A stretch of DNA of 25,929 bases, from positions 1-25,929 of the IMG/VR virus record IMGVR_UViG_3300002091_000107. One strand, given 5' to 3'. The stretch is from a virus. Taxonomy: Duplodnaviria > Caudoviricetes. The notes below the pieces were generated by a model. It saw nothing but the letters and a program-made list of their open reading frames with translations, was not told where the DNA came from and searched no databases. Below are positions 24,042-25,929 of the stretch, one piece after another. Every line of letters starts with the position of its first letter. Position 1 is the first letter of the stretch. A program made the translations under genes and the position numbers.

Positions 24042-25928
24042 CTAGGTTGCCCCTGGATCTACATCTACCTCACATGCTTGTAATCTAAGTGGAACATTGT
24101 CTGTGTTAAAGAACTCATAAGCTCTTCTACGGAATGAACCATTCTGATATAGAACACTTCGATTTGCATTCAAATCAACATTACGGTATTGAGACCAGTT
24201 GTTATAATCGTCATCCGTATATCTAATTCTTAAGGTTGCTCCAATTTTATCACCTACAACTTCTACTCTAGAAATAAATTTACGCTTAGTTGATTCAGCG
24301 TCTATTAGATTAGTTCTTACTCTAAATTGAATTGGACCAGCATCATCAGTATACGAATCTTCACTAATATTATACAACTTTCCATCCAAATTGTCAAGTG
24401 AATAATGTTTATTATTATAAGAAGTATAAAATACTCCATCTAAGATGTCTTCTTTACCATCAAGGTAAGAAGTCCAAATAGACCATTGTTTAGCTTTAAC
24501 ATCTAGCACTAAAGTCATATTATCATCTAGAAGATTAAGAATATAAAAGTAATGTCCTGAAACTTTTAATGTATATGTTCTAATATTAGCTAAACTAGAA
24601 TTATTTAATATTCTTTCAATAGAAGCATCTGATACTTGACTAGGACGAACACCATCTAACATAAGTACCATTTTACCGTTATTTTTACCAACACCAATCC
24701 ATAGTACAGTTTCTTCCATTTGAGCAATAGAATCACCATTAGCACAACCAAACTCTAATGTTAAAGTTGTATTAGGTAATAATGGAGAACCTGTTGGGTT
24801 AGCATTATCATAAAAGAATTGAGTAGAATATTGTTTAAATACTACAATATAGTTTAAGTGTTTGGTTACACCAACACCTAAGTCAGACTCAGCTTCAGCT
24901 GTTATATAGTCTAATGGATACCAACTTGTAGGATCATTAGAACCAGAGTTCCATAACTTACCATCTTCTGTTAAGATAAATGTATAAGAATCTAAATAAG
25001 CTACACCAGGCATAATAGCACTTGATGTAGGAAAACCATTTAATAAGCAAGTAGCTGTAGCAGCAGTACCTGCATAACTAATAGAACAAGTACCATCTGT
25101 ACCAGTTCCTGAAGTAAAACTAGGGGCAGTTGTTCCAGAAGTACCTGCTGTAGTTACTGTATATAAATTACCATTAGCAGCATATTGTTGATATTGAGCA
25201 TAGGGTGTAGAAGCAGTCCATTGATCCCCTATTGTAACTATTGGTGGATTAATATAACCACTACCTGAATTAATAATAACAATATCAATTACAATACCAG
25301 CATCAACAGTAGCTGTACCAGTAGCTGGACTACCTGCATAAGCTAATACAGCTGTTCCATCTGTTTGTGATCCACTAGTAAAAGTAGGGGCAGTTGAAGC
25401 AGTAGTACCAGCAGTTGTTACTGTATAAAGGTTATTACCATAAAATATTTGATCATTTATATTATAGGTAGTAGTTGCAGCCCACTGAACACCAAATACT
25501 ACATTAGGGTATATTGAACCCACATAAGTAATAGTAGCACTACCATCAGTTTGAGAACCGCTAGTAAATGTTGGTGGTGTTGTACCTGTAGTACCAGAAC
25601 CTGTTATTTGATATAAATTAAGTCCATAATAAACTCTAGTAGGAGCTGTATATGAATAAGACGCTGTCCATAATGGGGGTACAATATAACCACTACCACC
25701 TGTTGTTACTGTTGTAAATTGAACACCAGTAGAACTAATTTGTTTTAATGTAGTACCATCATAAGTATAAGCACTATCACCTTTTTGGATGAACATATAT
25801 AAATCATTAATAGTTTTAGTAAAATAGCAAGGACTATAAGGTCCTACTAATGTACCTACTGTTGTTGTAGTAGTGCCATCTGTTTGATAGACAACATTAT
25901 TAACAACTGCTATAATTTTATTCTTAAA
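24042..25928 (-). CDS. Tail hub/DNA stabilisation protein (P22 gp10-like), 5'-truncated by the window edge
   Basis: The frame stays open from 25796 to 25928 (hand-translated). C-terminal pattern AYLDSY, AEAESD, FGCA, GHYFYIL, LRIRYTDD...WS and GSFRRR. Sits upstream of the ejection genes. Confidence 0.8.
   Translation of the reverse strand, partial: FKNKIIAVVNNVVYQTDGTTTTTVGTLVGPYSPCYFTKTINDLYMFIQKGDSAYTYDGTTLKQISSTGVQFTTVTTGGSGYIVPPLWTASYSYTAPTRVYYGLNLYQITGSGTTGTTPPTFTSGSQTDGSATITYVGSIYPNVVFGVQWAATTTYNINDQIFYGNNLYTVTTAGTTASTAPTFTSGSQTDGTAVLAYAGSPATGTATVDAGIVIDIVIINSGSGYINPPIVTIGDQWTASTPYAQYQQYAANGNLYTVTTAGTSGTTAPSFTSGTGTDGTCSISYAGTAATATCLLNGFPTSSAIMPGVAYLDSYTFILTEDGKLWNSGSNDPTSWYPLDYITAEAESDLGVGVTKHLNYIVVFKQYSTQFFYDNANPTGSPLLPNTTLTLEFGCANGDSIAQMEETVLWIGVGKNNGKMVLMLDGVRPSQVSDASIERILNNSSLANIRTYTLKVSGHYFYILNLLDDNMTLVLDVKAKQWSIWTSYLDGKEDILDGVFYTSYNNKHYSLDNLDGKLYNISEDSYTDDAGPIQFRVRTNLIDAESTKRKFISRVEVVGDKIGATLRIRYTDDDYNNWSQYRNVDLNANRSVLYQNGSFRRRAYEFFNTDNVPLRLQACEVDVDPGAT
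25068..25670 (-). repeat. Three 51-aa repeats inside the tail hub gene
   Basis: W-x-A...NLY...GT...P-x-FTSG-x-x-TDG...Y-x-G at 25670-25518, 25484-25332 and 25220-25068. Confidence 0.85.
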
Positions 25929-25929
25929 T

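Overview
Partial genome (~26 kb) of a lytic, podovirus-like tailed phage with two convergent arms. The + strand (922-16635) carries small early genes behind host sigma70-type promoters, then a replication/nucleotide module: separate primase and DnaB-like helicase, a 2OG-Fe(II) dioxygenase, a family-A DNA polymerase split into two genes, a putative SSB, a 5'-3' exonuclease, an HNH nuclease, a DEDD exonuclease and a class II B12-dependent ribonucleotide reductase. The - strand (25928 to 16670) carries the distal half of a P22/Sf6-like virion module: tail hub, GNAT, three ejection proteins (the last with a lytic transglycosylase), a divergent PurD-fold ATP-grasp enzyme, a fibre-like protein and a DUF5675 putative endolysin. 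The arms meet at a bidirectional terminator. No phage RNA polymerase, integrase, tRNA or CRISPR is visible. The standout feature, missing from the ORF track, is a 23-codon gene at 114-185 (-) encoding MWTTPSATEMRFGFEVTMYILNK. This is a PqqA (PQQ cofactor precursor) peptide of the Methylophilaceae type and points to a methylotroph host. All family assignments come from motifs recognised by eye; no database search was run.
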